DNA of 39,516 bases, taken from IMG/VR virus record IMGVR_UViG_3300022178_004106, positions 1-39,516 of that record. One strand, given 5' to 3'. Every line of letters begins with the position of its first letter. The stretch's first letter is position 1. Of the stretch, positions 17,701 to 27,500 are shown piece after piece. A program made the translations under genes and the position numbers. Source of the stretch: a virus (lineage: Duplodnaviria; Caudoviricetes). The notes under the pieces are model-generated. The model ran no database searches and was not told the DNA's origin. It was given only the letters and a program-made list of their open reading frames with translations.

Positions 17701-20700
17701 AGTATTAGGTATAGCCATACCTTCAACCACTCCGCTTTCTATCGCTTCCCTTAGAGTTTGAGTACCTCCTTTTTCAGCAGGCTGGTCCAGCAAGTCCCCT
17801 TTGCCTATTTCTTCAAAGGCAGCAATAATATCTTCTTTTGATTCAACAGTTATTACGTCTACGTCTAATCCCGCTTGTTTTGCGAAAGCAATCGCATTAG
17901 CTTTGCCTGCTTCTATTTTTTTACGATAAGCAGCTTCTTGAAATTTTTGAGCGGCTAACGCTTTTACATCGGCATCTGTAAACTTTTTATCTAAAGCCTT
18001 TAGCTCAGCCCTAGCGTTATCATAACCTATTTGCTTATTTTTACTATCTAGGCTTTCATATTGCTGTGCAATTTGCTCTATACTAGTGCCAACCAACATT
18101 TGATTTCTGTACGCGTCGTATCCTTGCGTAAGATCAAAAGATAGTTTGTTTTCAACAGCTCTTTCTTTTAATTGAGATCCTAACAAAGTTTCTCTTTGCT
18201 TGTCTAGCTTATCAAAATCGGATTTTAATTGATCTTTATAAGCTGTAAGCTTTGACGCACTCAAACCCTGATAGGCTGCCTGCATCAATTTCTTAGATAT
18301 AAGTCTTTTTTTCCTATTTATTTCTCCAAGTTCAAGGATTTGATCTGCTGGTAGCCCCCCTTTAAAAGCATCCAGTATATCTTGCTCTATTTCAACGCCT
18401 TCTTTTACAAGTTTATCTATTTCCTGCTGCACATTAGCAGGTAATTCTAAATTAAGTTCGCTTAGATTGTTTATATTTTGAATATCAACCCCTGTCAAGT
18501 TGGATATTTTATTAACTATATCTCGCATTGCAGCCTGCTGCTGCTGAGTTGCTGCTTCTGACTGCAAACCAGCTGACACTGCTTTAATAGAATTCAAAGA
18601 TGTCATACCTCCCCCCATGAAAGCTCCTTGTGCGAATGACTCTAGTCCACCTTTAAATAAGCCCTCGCGATCTGTAATGGCGTCAAAAAAGTTCTTATCT
18701 TCATCCATTAAGTATATTTCACCAAAGTTCTGCACAATAGTGGTGCCTAATTCCGAACCTCCTTCTCTAAATGCTCCTTTAACAAGTCCTTTGCTCCCGG
18801 TATATATGCCTTGACGGAGAGTTGCGGTTGGCAGCTGTTTTATACCTCTACCTATGTTCTTAAGGATAGTCATTGTACCTATTTTTTCAAAAAACACTTC
18901 CGCAAATCCAGTTAAAGCGGTATTGCTTAGCACTCTCCAATCCGCTATATTAAGCGCTTTGGTGTCTTTTTCCATTTCAGATTCCCTAATAGCTATCTCC
19001 AAGGGGTCTGCGTCGGGATTACTGTCTAGCCATTTTTTGTTAAGTAACATTCTGCTAGCTGCCTCCTTTTGAGTTATTGCATTACCCTCTAATACACCAC
19101 CGGCTCCGCTCGCAAAAAACAACGGCAGAGCTAAAGGCCCTGTTGCAGCCATAGATAAAGATGGGGCTAAGTTTACTGTAGAATTCATTAGCCAGCTACC
19201 TACATCTGTTGCATTTCTTATTTCGTCAACGTCTATAGCGTTTTGGTTATTAGCTGTTTTTGCGGCTAAATCCTGAGACAACGAAGTAGAACCTATTTCC
19301 GCGTCTAACTGTTCGGATATTTGCCTTAAAGGGACATAGTCCACACCTGGCAAAATAGCGTATTGATTTTCTCCCACATAGCTAGAAAGAGTCATTGCTG
19401 CAAAACCAATGGTCTGCCCCAGTGAACTAAACCCTAAATTTAACTGGGTCATTCTATTGTAGTTCTTTTTAAGATCAGCTATAGCTAATGGAATGGTTTC
19501 TGCCCTGTCTAGCAAGCCTATTTTTTCAGCTTTGCCCTGCATTGCCTGCACTCTACCCTGCTTGTCTAATAATTCAAGCTGCTGATTTTGTAAGCTAACA
19601 TATTCTTCTTGTGTAGGATTAGCTTCGTATTTTTCAATGGCGATATCAAATGCGTCTACGTCAGTTCTAAAATCCTCTATAGTTGTGCCTAGATTAGCTA
19701 TTGCTTTATTCTCATCAAATACCAAAGCCGTGTAATCTAATCTTTCTTCTGGGGTAAGATCTGCGATATAATTTCTAGACTTTTTATTTACTTCTTTTTG
19801 TTTTCGGTTTATATTCCAGGCTGCAAGTGTAGAATCATCTACTTCCGGTATTACGCCACCCGCTTTCCATATTTTATAATTTTCAAATTCATTTGGGTTA
19901 GAAAAGTTTTCTGGCCCTATTTCTACGGCGCTACTCCTCCCGCCCCTTGAGCTGAGCAGCTGAGCGTCCAACTCCATTTGTTTTACATCTTCAAACTCAT
20001 CAACTTGTTCCTCTCTGAATAGATCTCTTTCTTCTTTTTCAGACAGATCTTCTACTTTAGTAGCTTCTACATAATCGTTAGCAAATCCTACGCCTACATT
20101 TTTCCTAGCCTTTTCGGTGTAATTAACGTCCGCATTTTGTTTTATAAAGCTATTAAGCTTTGCTATATTTATTTTTAATTGCTCGTCAGTAACGTCCTTT
20201 CCTACTTCGGTAATATTATCGCCACCAAAAAACTCATCTACGTCCATGCCTCTTAAAAGCCCCTTCCTAAGTGCTCTAGCTTTCGTAAGCGGATTGCCAC
20301 TTAAAAGTAAATCACTAAAGCCTAAATCTTCTTCCGCTCCTTTAGTTAATTGAATAGCATCAAGATCATTATAGGTGCTAGTGGTGTCTACTGTTAAGCC
20401 AACGGAGGCTAAACGATCATACATTTTAGCAACTAGTTCATCTTCAGATAGCCCTTTTGATTCTTCAAAGGTAAAATAATACGGTGTAAGAGCATCCTCA
20501 ATTTCTTCTTGCTCTACTGATTCCGAAGAAGTATCTTCCAACACGTAATCCCCACTCGATGCTGGTGCTACTTGAGGAGTTACAGACGCATCGGTCTCCG
20601 CATCTCCGTTCTGAAAATTTTCAGTAGGTGGTGTTTCTTCAACGAGTACCGCGCCTGGGTGTTCCGCTAAAAATTTATCTAAATATTCGGGCTTTACATT

Positions 20701-20745
20701 AAATTGCTTTGCGTTTATATCTGAAGATACTTTATATCTAGGCAT
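11794..20745 (-). CDS. Giant (2983 aa) internal virion/ejection protein, polyvalent type
   Basis: Third of three ascending-size genes after the tail genes; Gly/Ala hydrophobic segments; HEILH, KKFDP sigma2-like, PDL..EIK and DFDDT HAD motifs. Confidence 0.75.
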   Translation of the reverse strand: MPRYKVSSDINAKQFNVKPEYLDKFLAEHPGAVLVEETPPTENFQNGDAETDASVTPQVAPASSGDYVLEDTSSESVEQEEIEDALTPYYFTFEESKGLSEDELVAKMYDRLASVGLTVDTTSTYNDLDAIQLTKGAEEDLGFSDLLLSGNPLTKARALRKGLLRGMDVDEFFGGDNITEVGKDVTDEQLKINIAKLNSFIKQNADVNYTEKARKNVGVGFANDYVEATKVEDLSEKEERDLFREEQVDEFEDVKQMELDAQLLSSRGGRSSAVEIGPENFSNPNEFENYKIWKAGGVIPEVDDSTLAAWNINRKQKEVNKKSRNYIADLTPEERLDYTALVFDENKAIANLGTTIEDFRTDVDAFDIAIEKYEANPTQEEYVSLQNQQLELLDKQGRVQAMQGKAEKIGLLDRAETIPLAIADLKKNYNRMTQLNLGFSSLGQTIGFAAMTLSSYVGENQYAILPGVDYVPLRQISEQLDAEIGSTSLSQDLAAKTANNQNAIDVDEIRNATDVGSWLMNSTVNLAPSLSMAATGPLALPLFFASGAGGVLEGNAITQKEAASRMLLNKKWLDSNPDADPLEIAIRESEMEKDTKALNIADWRVLSNTALTGFAEVFFEKIGTMTILKNIGRGIKQLPTATLRQGIYTGSKGLVKGAFREGGSELGTTIVQNFGEIYLMDEDKNFFDAITDREGLFKGGLESFAQGAFMGGGMTSLNSIKAVSAGLQSEAATQQQQAAMRDIVNKISNLTGVDIQNINNLSELNLELPANVQQEIDKLVKEGVEIEQDILDAFKGGLPADQILELGEINRKKRLISKKLMQAAYQGLSASKLTAYKDQLKSDFDKLDKQRETLLGSQLKERAVENKLSFDLTQGYDAYRNQMLVGTSIEQIAQQYESLDSKNKQIGYDNARAELKALDKKFTDADVKALAAQKFQEAAYRKKIEAGKANAIAFAKQAGLDVDVITVESKEDIIAAFEEIGKGDLLDQPAEKGGTQTLREAIESGVVEGMAIPNTNKIIVDINKAAKNGRVGIYAHEILHKYAQENYGGNQKAIDKAGEDLLDFLQKTDKNLYAKIKFRLDESYEGSSNYYEEALNAMSDIFADGFKPNPPLLVKIKAFVNAFLLGANGKDTEYFKTGKDAYFFVRDFNKAAHFGQKYNKKPRPIVEKSAKNPEDTEDVSLSRSRKLTEAEENRMEAIDAEIDEISDDLMQGFIDQDTHDRKIDKLEEELENIENPPKTAAAKPKPKSKAKKELDIDAPQASKKDEQSLSDVTAKSKKKLDAIGNNPDGFNPNEGAIYEVLAGMIRSKVKAFKTAGNNIVNLTNLPGFEMDNMVSETIASLIPYIKKFDPAKNDSLFGYTMAQLGNRMRGALKTGRVTENTFTEDVTAAKGIVAEESSNEVKEKPKFRKFTEASVVSTEVIDAIRNKLKSTIRTLKTRMDVAISSNRTITPLMAEIQYEMGKQADIDLKKAMGGKKDLKLRKFLLKNKKVILENLTTTFLMGKDGSGGIPQAIQKKIDGRYVSYPAWVGKKIDRETTSTDNAGRTSGAELTRRVPNVNRAVTDQEFLSQVLDETGNPIRGRKEALAKAMGEEISFEIFSADLADPASDISEAFENNQERLGAVLAENFIEKIERDIDRGNIKFSKGVTPQRGRELAIQFRGSTGFGTARARKKFQSDFLSKLNQEEKAWANENLVTPINLAISKYIKKDWQSKEKIVVDLINKLAGAMPGLSIIQKGVQKDSFKPDLAFQVDGENVNWEIKGGKTARIATVYISKWFDTAKTYVGRSAVPSDFGNTLVEKIKENKELETIVDIIKKSFKTNTYVDKNGNTKKLDPKDRIIKDEGENLGYKMPSWYYHEIIQPLLLGAEQKFVVEGGLDIASTLYNSKDVNYITFADLGNFVMGPDYLGTGLPELKGDAEVRIKARSNYSGEGKFVTLNMVAELQVTNISANALGDKSSSNMFNEESAIATIDKILNTKLSITKQTAIDNTASIKYSQTPKGISVFDFDDTLARTKSNVLYVMPDGTKGKLTAAQFAAKSEAMLDQGVEFDFSEFSKVMKGELGPLFSEAQKKEGKYTNKDIFVLTARPANSAKAIHEFLKSEGLNIPIENITGLGNGSPQAKADWMVGKIADGYNDFYFADDHMGNVKAVGKALKGKGVKGQTELSIVDFKNQPKAVRDILNTFDVKGPTQRSRVKFSRSSNKNFNDMLERASGIKSRKRLTEVEGRQLGKNKGRFKIWMPSSLEDFRGLTEYTFAGKGRQGEADQKFFQDALVTPYWRGINEMDQVKQSLKNGFAALNKKFKPVLKKLGKKIPGMVHTHDQALRVYLWNKAGYEIPGLTRKQERELVRYVQNDAELLAYAKGALQMSQRKEWSKPSDYWDVQTILSDINNFTEKAGRKEYLKEFIDNADLIFSEANLNKVEAIYGKDHREAIEDILYRMKNGTNRAAGMKKNEQRWNNWLNNSIGAIMFFNRRSALLQTLSTVNFVNWSDNNPMKAAAAFANQKQFWSDFAMIFNSAKLKQRRSGLKTDVNAAELASAVTGATDKASAALNYLLKIGFTPTQMVDSFAIASGGATFYRNRLKTYLKEKSADGEPKYTQKEAEKQAFEDFSKISDETQQSGDPALISSDQSSSLGRVVLNFMNTPIQLNRSIKKSAQDIYNRRRTPGMSQAQSDFSNFSKIIYYGAIQNAIFSSLQAAMFALIPGFNDDEEKEGDLTMQEKTDKKLFQVINSMVDTTLKGGFGLPGAVVSILKNAIIEYKKQEDRGFLADDSKTLIALLNISPAVGSKGRKVVNFIKTERFDKEVISERGWDVTIDGKFNLSPRWSSAGNLIEGTLNIPTARVVDELNSITEALDSRNTAWQRIALALGWKTWNVGSKNEENDLIEVRIKSENKERKKEENKEKRKQKKLLEEMEEKDRRSKLSQDDRDLEDWEKRQRRKIKSRNTRAKTKKKKDSLAYVENERFRAALAKKRKEKEEANKNK

Positions 20746-20777
20746 AATGTGTATTTATTTATTTTAATATTATTTAA

Positions 20778-21917
20778 TTATGGAGTTCCTGGAACGTAAT
20801 CTGGAATTTCTTGGGCTACACGGTTTTTAACTGCATCATGCCTTTTTTTACTAACCGCTATTTTTTCGCCATTAGAAAATACAAGGAAATGTTGACCCGT
20901 GTCTGGATCAAGGTCAACGTTAGTTGCTTTGTTATCTGCATGTCTAGAGGACCTGTTCTCTTTAGCCTGCTTCTCGTTATAACCCTCTTGTCCAGCTTCT
21001 CTGCGGGATGTAATTAGCCTGTCTATCAGCTTCTTTTTTATTTCCTGAACTACTTCCCCATTGTCTGGGTTTTCTTCCCACAAGGTTCCTAAATCCTCTG
21101 TAGGAAATTCGTCTTCAAAATCGTAGATAAATGACCTTAAAGCGTCTTGACTAGCAAAAGCGCTTTCCAATTCTATTCTGTATAATTTTTCAGATTGAGG
21201 ACTAACCAGATCACCTGCTTTTCGCACAGATTCGTTTTTAGTAAGTATATCCCCTCCTAATTTATAATCTTTTAATAGAGGCGGAGATGTATCATTATAT
21301 GACTTTATTTCTCCATCGATATTAAATCCTATATTACCACCATCCATTATAGTAAACGGAGCATCCATTTTTTCATCGCTAACTCCATCGCCGTCTGCAT
21401 CCTTGTGGCCATACATTGATTGATTTAGGTACATTAAAGTATTTTGTCTAGTATTTTTAGGATCGTTACCACTAGAATATACTCCCCCAACCATGCCTTC
21501 AACAAATTCCACTTTGCTTTTTTTGTATGATTTTATTTGAGACGCTAGGTTTTTAAAGCTATTGTTGACACCATTCATTATGTCTACTTGTGCCATATAC
21601 TCAGATGAAGTCGTATCGGTCATTCCAGCCAATGCTTTCGCTGCCTCAGCATATTTATTTCTTTCTGAACCTAAAAAGGTACGCATCGAGCTAGTTTCTG
21701 CCGGGGAAAACGAAGTAAAGTCCATGTCTGTTTTCATCTTGCCCATTAAAGAGGTAACCCTAGATTGGTACTTTTCATTTTCAGTAACAATATTAGGTTT
21801 TTTAAATCCCCTTGCTGTAAGACCAGAGCTCGCAAACCCTTTGCCTATTTCTACTCCCGCATTTACAAACTTTTTAGCTACTCTACCCGCTCCTGTTATT
21901 AATTGATTATTTGCCAT
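20778..21917 (-). CDS. Putative internal virion/ejection protein
   Basis: Positioned between the pilot-like and giant proteins; helical; contains DADGDGVSDE. Confidence 0.55.
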   Translation of the reverse strand: MANNQLITGAGRVAKKFVNAGVEIGKGFASSGLTARGFKKPNIVTENEKYQSRVTSLMGKMKTDMDFTSFSPAETSSMRTFLGSERNKYAEAAKALAGMTDTTSSEYMAQVDIMNGVNNSFKNLASQIKSYKKSKVEFVEGMVGGVYSSGNDPKNTRQNTLMYLNQSMYGHKDADGDGVSDEKMDAPFTIMDGGNIGFNIDGEIKSYNDTSPPLLKDYKLGGDILTKNESVRKAGDLVSPQSEKLYRIELESAFASQDALRSFIYDFEDEFPTEDLGTLWEENPDNGEVVQEIKKKLIDRLITSRREAGQEGYNEKQAKENRSSRHADNKATNVDLDPDTGQHFLVFSNGEKIAVSKKRHDAVKNRVAQEIPDYVPGTP

Positions 21918-21928
21918 AGTTTATTTTA

Positions 21929-22564
21929 TTAGCTAGGGTTTAAGAATCCTTGAACACCTTCACCCATTCCTCCGCCTGCTCCAAAGCTAGCAGCTCCTCC
22001 TATCATACTACCGACGCCTCCCAGTATAGCTCCAGTTGCCGCATCTCTTGCTTCATTTGCTGCACCTAGCCTTTGTTGAGACATACCGAGCATTGTGTCT
22101 ACCTTATCTTTTTCCGCCGCCCTAGAAGCGTATTCGCCTTGTATTTCTTGTTGTTGCAGTTGGCCAGCCATTTGCCTTTCAGCTCTTTGATTGCCGGCTT
22201 CTTGTCTACCTATGTCTGCAGACGCTGCTTGGGCCGCATTGCTTTGTGCTCCTGCCATCGATTGAGCTAAAGCTGCAATACCAGATCCTCCAGCTGCAGA
22301 AGACAGTTTATCCATAGTATTAGCAAATCCTCCCGCTTGTTGCTGAGCTTGAAATTCAGCTGCCTGAGTATTGACCGTAAGGTCTTCCATGGTATTTTCC
22401 ATGTTTTTGTTTAGGTTAGAGGTATCCGCTCCTTCCATTCTTGCTTTATTTCTGTTAAACTCTGCTTGCGCTGCCGCTTGTTCTTTTTTTCTACCTTTAC
22501 TGCCTATTATACCAGAAGCAATTCCAGTAAGTCCTGACACAACGCCTCCTATGGCTCCTATCAT
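21929..22564 (-). CDS. Gly/Ala/Gln-rich DNA pilot/ejection protein
   Basis: Gly-rich hydrophobic ends and a central Q/A coiled coil, like P22 gp7 or T7 gp14 class proteins. Confidence 0.65.
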   Translation of the reverse strand: MIGAIGGVVSGLTGIASGIIGSKGRKKEQAAAQAEFNRNKARMEGADTSNLNKNMENTMEDLTVNTQAAEFQAQQQAGGFANTMDKLSSAAGGSGIAALAQSMAGAQSNAAQAASADIGRQEAGNQRAERQMAGQLQQQEIQGEYASRAAEKDKVDTMLGMSQQRLGAANEARDAATGAILGGVGSMIGGAASFGAGGGMGEGVQGFLNPS

Positions 22565-22590
22565 ATCTTTGTATTTTATTATTATACTTT

Positions 22591-22601
22591 TATTATTACG
22601 T
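22591..22601 (-). promoter_or_regulatory. Candidate phage promoter element ACGTAATAATA
   Basis: Intergenic, 27 nt upstream of the ejection-protein cluster; matches 441-451. Confidence 0.35.
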
Positions 22602-22602
22602 G

Positions 22603-22956
22603 TTATTTACTGCTTTCAAATATCTCAGATCCAACTAAAAACAATTCAGCGTAATCTGTTGAGTCATTCTTAAATTGAGCTTCGGCATAATAGCCTTTTA
22701 ATCCACTTGTGTTAATCAAAGCTGTCTTGCTAAATAATATAAAGCTACTTGTAGTTATTGCGGAACCCACTATATTGGGTACTAAATCCGCTACAATTTG
22801 ATCCGGTATGCCTGGCCCCGTGCGAAGCACTTGCGTGATGGGCCCTATAATTAGTAAGGTTTCACCGTTAACATCGTTAGAGTAATAAGCGGTATCTCCT
22901 ACCTGCACGGAAGCATTCAAGGGCTGGTTGAAGGTGAGTGTAACTTGGTTAGGCAT
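22603..22956 (-). CDS. Small tail-associated structural protein
   Basis: 117-aa beta-rich ORF in the tail module. Confidence 0.55.
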   Translation of the reverse strand: MPNQVTLTFNQPLNASVQVGDTAYYSNDVNGETLLIIGPITQVLRTGPGIPDQIVADLVPNIVGSAITTSSFILFSKTALINTSGLKGYYAEAQFKNDSTDYAELFLVGSEIFESSK

Positions 22957-22958
22957 AA

Positions 22959-24575
22959 TTATTGGTTTTGATTATTACAGATGGTACAGGTAGCAAATGT
23001 GCTCACTTGGTTTTGGAATCCTTCGTCTATATAGTATGTAGGCGTTTCTCCACTTGCAAAAGTGCCTAAAGTAACACATAATTTCTCACCTGTTGCGGTA
23101 GACTTTATTTGTACAATATTACCAGTAGCATACGGCACATTAACTAAACTACCTAATTGGCTTTGGTTTGTCCCCCCTGACCAACCGTCAGCATCGCTAA
23201 CATAGTAGGTTGTTGCTCCTCCGCATAATGTAGCATTCCATGCACCTCCATCCGATACGTATTGATCCAAATCTAAGGCACTGGATGTGTTGGTAATTCC
23301 TACAGATGTTACATTAACTGAAAGTGTTGATGTTATAATAGTAGGCACTGTTGAATTATCCACTACAAAACTAGAACTAATTACATTAAAATCCCAACTT
23401 CCGCCGACAAGACCGCCTTGATTTGTCCAATCTGCAGGAGGAGGTATAGAATCAACTGTAAGGATACTTGTTGAACTACCCGTGACTATAACGTTAAAAG
23501 GAGAAGGCTGACTAGACCCTGGTAAAAGTGTAATAGTAGTTGCGGCGTCCGGAGTTATATTTGTATTTGCACTAGTAAAAGCAAAACTTAATGTAGAGTC
23601 AACATATTGATTTAGTGTAAACACAGATGGTTGTCCTGTTAGACAAGGAACATAAGGCGCAACAGTGCAAAAAGTATTCGCTAGATCCCCTGTTAAAGTT
23701 ACCGTGTACGTTGTATTAACTGTAACCGAAGGGAAAACGACTGGAACAACAAACGTTCCCGTGCTATCTAAAGTGCCAGAAGCATTTACCGGAGAAAATA
23801 AGCCAGAAGACGTTATATTTAACGCCCAGTTAGCACCCTCTACGCCGTTTACGGTAAAGTTTCTAGTTTCTCCTCCCGTAGGCACGGTATTGCCAACCGG
23901 GAAGGAGTATGATGTTATTTTTACAGGTGGATTATAAGTTACCACTGCGTTTGCTGTTAAGCATATATTGTCTCCGCTTACTGAGTTTCCTGGAAAAGTA
24001 TAAGCAATAGTAAAAACAACTTGCTCTATTTCCCCGTTAGCGTCATAGGACGGAACCCCCGTAATTGTATAATCACTGGCCACACCGTCTACAACAGTTA
24101 AGGTAGGCATTGTAGGAAAGTAATATGTTGTATTTGCAGTTACAGTGTATGTGCTAAAAGTTGTAGTTGTCCCATAATCTCCAGTAGCGGAATATGAAAC
24201 GCTAGGTGCCCCTTGTAAAGGAATTTTAACATTACTTACGCTACATTGGTCTATTTGTCCAGATACACTAAGTAGCGAAGGTCTAGCAAATCCTGATCCA
24301 CATATTTCAATAAATACATTGCTACTAGGCATTACCGATGGGGAATCGTATGTTATTATGCATGTAACCGTTCCGCTACCGGCATTGTTTAAAAATAATA
24401 CGCTATTGACATATTGAGGGTAAGGCAATGTAGGCGAAAAATCAGCTGCATTCAATGTATACCCTGGTAAAGGCGTTAAAAGTAACTCCGTAGTTGGATT
24501 ATTTATTGACCAATCGTTCCCTGCGGTTTCATAAAAGCTTACTACCTCAAATGTAAAGTTATATAGTGTTATCAT
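22959..24575 (-). CDS. Thr/Ser/Val-rich beta-sandwich tail appendage or adhesin-like protein
   Basis: Very low K/R content, T/S/V/P-rich Ig-like composition, Cys-rich C-terminus. Confidence 0.55.
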   Translation of the reverse strand: MITLYNFTFEVVSFYETAGNDWSINNPTTELLLTPLPGYTLNAADFSPTLPYPQYVNSVLFLNNAGSGTVTCIITYDSPSVMPSSNVFIEICGSGFARPSLLSVSGQIDQCSVSNVKIPLQGAPSVSYSATGDYGTTTTFSTYTVTANTTYYFPTMPTLTVVDGVASDYTITGVPSYDANGEIEQVVFTIAYTFPGNSVSGDNICLTANAVVTYNPPVKITSYSFPVGNTVPTGGETRNFTVNGVEGANWALNITSSGLFSPVNASGTLDSTGTFVVPVVFPSVTVNTTYTVTLTGDLANTFCTVAPYVPCLTGQPSVFTLNQYVDSTLSFAFTSANTNITPDAATTITLLPGSSQPSPFNVIVTGSSTSILTVDSIPPPADWTNQGGLVGGSWDFNVISSSFVVDNSTVPTIITSTLSVNVTSVGITNTSSALDLDQYVSDGGAWNATLCGGATTYYVSDADGWSGGTNQSQLGSLVNVPYATGNIVQIKSTATGEKLCVTLGTFASGETPTYYIDEGFQNQVSTFATCTICNNQNQ

Positions 24576-24587
24576 ATTATTATTATT

Positions 24588-27500
24588 TTATCTTGGAGTA
24601 AAGCAATCTGTGTCTAAACTATTAACAACTAAGAATTCTGTTTGAATAACATTTACCACGTTAGCCCTGCCTATACCCTGCACACTAAACTCCCTTGAAT
24701 CTACATTGTTGTCGCAATTTGTTGTATAGAAAGTGTCCATGCCCCTTATGTAGTTAAATTTTTTACCTTCCTTATCTATAAATTCTTTTAGTTGTCCTTC
24801 TTGCAAGTCTGTAACAATAGAATTAACATACCAGCCTTCTGTTTCTCTTACACGAACAGGTGTTATATTTGCTGCTTGTATTTGTGCTAATGAAAACCAC
24901 TGCGGATTTGGAGCATTTGTATTTGTGTACGAGTATTCTTTAGAGTCAGTACCACTATAGTTTAAAGTTTTGTACCCTTTAACCATAGCTGGGTTGTCAT
25001 TAAATATAGTATTAAAAGAGCTTTCGTAGTAAGGTCCAATAAGTTCAGAAGCTCCAGGGCCTACTCCGTAAAAAGTGTTATACAAAGGATTAGCTGCATG
25101 CTCATATATTAATCCGTTTTTAAATGTATAATAAACGTTGTTTATATATGTAGCTGATTCCGGCACATAGACTTTTCTTGAAGTAAATCCGTTTATATCT
25201 TCCTTAAATGACACAGTCGTGCTGGTAGTCGGTAAACTATTAACAAATTGATTACACAGCGGGTGCTTGTTAAGCCTGTCAAATGTCCCTGCTCCTAAAG
25301 TTTGTTGCCAATAAGGAGTTAGAGCGTTTAAGGATATATTGTAGTTTCTTTTCTGAACATCGTAAGATCCTATTATAGTTTTATTAACATTTAAGTTATC
25401 TGAAAAGAATGAGTGCATGCCGTAATCAGATATATCCGTTATACCGTCGCCTGACAATCTAAGTACCGAACCTCTATTGGCATCAGTGTAATACATTCTA
25501 AAACCAAATTCCGCAAATGACTCAGGGTTAGTGGCTATGCCGAATTCCCCTTGAAATGTTATAGTCTGTCCCAATACTGCTGCGTTGGATGTTAAGTTAG
25601 TGCTGCCGTCTGCATTAAATAAAGCATCTTTCTTGGCTAATATTTTCATTGACTTGTTTTCACACAGGGTAATTAAATCAGTGTCTCTTGTGTGTAGTTT
25701 CTGTATACTGCCATACTCTGGGTTTACGTCTTTAGTAATGCCTTCCGCTTGTATAAATTGATTTAAGTTATTTGTACTTGATACGGAGTTAAATATTTGC
25801 GAGAATATAAGGCCTGTGGATCTATGCTCCTCCGTGTAAGGCGCATCCAGCGTTGCAGAAGCTTTGACACCATCTCCTATTATAGGTTGGTTAAAATCGT
25901 CCCTAATGCGATCCGACTCAACACCATTTGCAAATGAATAACAATTAAACCAAGTTAAATCTTGGGTTTGTCCAAAATCACTTATGTCATAAACACCCGG
26001 AGCTTCCCAATATATATCTAATTCAGCAGCTTCTTTTGGTTCCGTTTCAAATATAGCAGGGCTAGAGCTAGAAAAAGTATCATCATTTGGGTCTGATGCT
26101 AAAAACTCTATACCCACGTATGCAAGTGGATTAGTAAAATTATATGCTGAGCCGCTGCCTTCAATAATATTTGGAAGAGTGGAAGGATTCCAAGGGAGTG
26201 CTGTTGAGCCGCCTTCAAGTTGTTTAAATGTAAGTGTCCACCTAGCGTATTGGTTTGTCTGCGCGTCCCAAGCATCATTTCCTGAAAGAGGGCCTGAGTT
26301 ATTGGTGCAGTCATAAGTAGTTCCGAGATTAAGCTGGCTATTAGTCACAACATAAACAGTCCCAGTGGGATCTTCTACGCCATTGCCTATATCTACAAAC
26401 CTAAACATAGTTCCTACTGTATTAAGCTGCTCCAGTAATCGAGGATTCCGGTCCACTATACCGTGGGCATGGCCATTTGTAGTGTTGGTTCTGCCCGCTC
26501 CGTATCCGGTAGCATCAGTTATAACTATTTTCCCTTCAATGTCTGTTCCCTGCCCCCTGCTTTCGCATTTAGGGTTAAATCTATCAATGAATATTCTACC
26601 TGTTTTACCGGTGGCATCGACCTGAGGCCAAGTCCCTCCTTCTTTCCAGAAACTGCTGTTAAATTCACTAGCGGAACTAAAGTTCCAAAGCGGGGCAATA
26701 GCTTTTCTAATAAACGTATTATTATTATTTCTAGCTGCCTGTATTTTTTCTCTTAGTATATTATCTGAGTTCACTTTAACAAAAAACCTACCAGTAAATT
26801 CTGCTTTTTTAGTATCTGTTAAGTCATATAATGTTATACCTGTACCAATAGGAACTGCCCCACTGGAAACTGTAGCAAAATCTACGTCTGGTCCAAATGC
26901 CGGAGAAACCACCATCCTAACAAATGCTTGCGTCCCGTCAAGTGAAAAAGTAGATATTTTATAATAATCACTTACTTGACCAGCAGATCCTGTTACTCTT
27001 AATTGTAAACCAGATTCAGTACGAGTTTCTGCTCCAAAAGCAACATTAAAGTCAATTTTACTGACTTGCAATTCGTTGCCTCCTTCTACTGGTGTAGCTC
27101 CTTGCCCACCGCCAAAGTCGGTAATAAGATTTCCTTTACCTAGTCTTTGTTGCGTTAAAAACAAGGGAGCTTCGTTTTCTATAGCTATCACTTTATATCT
27201 GCTTTTTTCAAAAACAGGTATATTGTTATCGTGTTCTTTTTTTAGTATCAGAAATGTTTCTTCGTCCACTTTATTTCTTTCTGCGGACGGAAATGAAAGC
27301 CATACATTGCCATCTTCTGCGTCATAGAACCTATCCAATGCCAAGTTGTAGTAATCTCGTGAAGTTTCTTTAATATAGTACTTGTAGTGGCTAAAGGATT
27401 CATAGCCAGTAAGTGTTTTATATTGGGGTGGGTTACCTATTAAACTTACTCTTATATTGTTTGCGCTAGCAGAAGATGCTTTTTCTACAACCAAAGAAGC

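Noticed and set aside
11894-19072. Many + strand ORFs antisense to the giant gene (and similar ones over other structural genes)
   Set aside because: Their Leu/Ser/Phe-rich composition is the expected mirror of K/E-rich sense codons.
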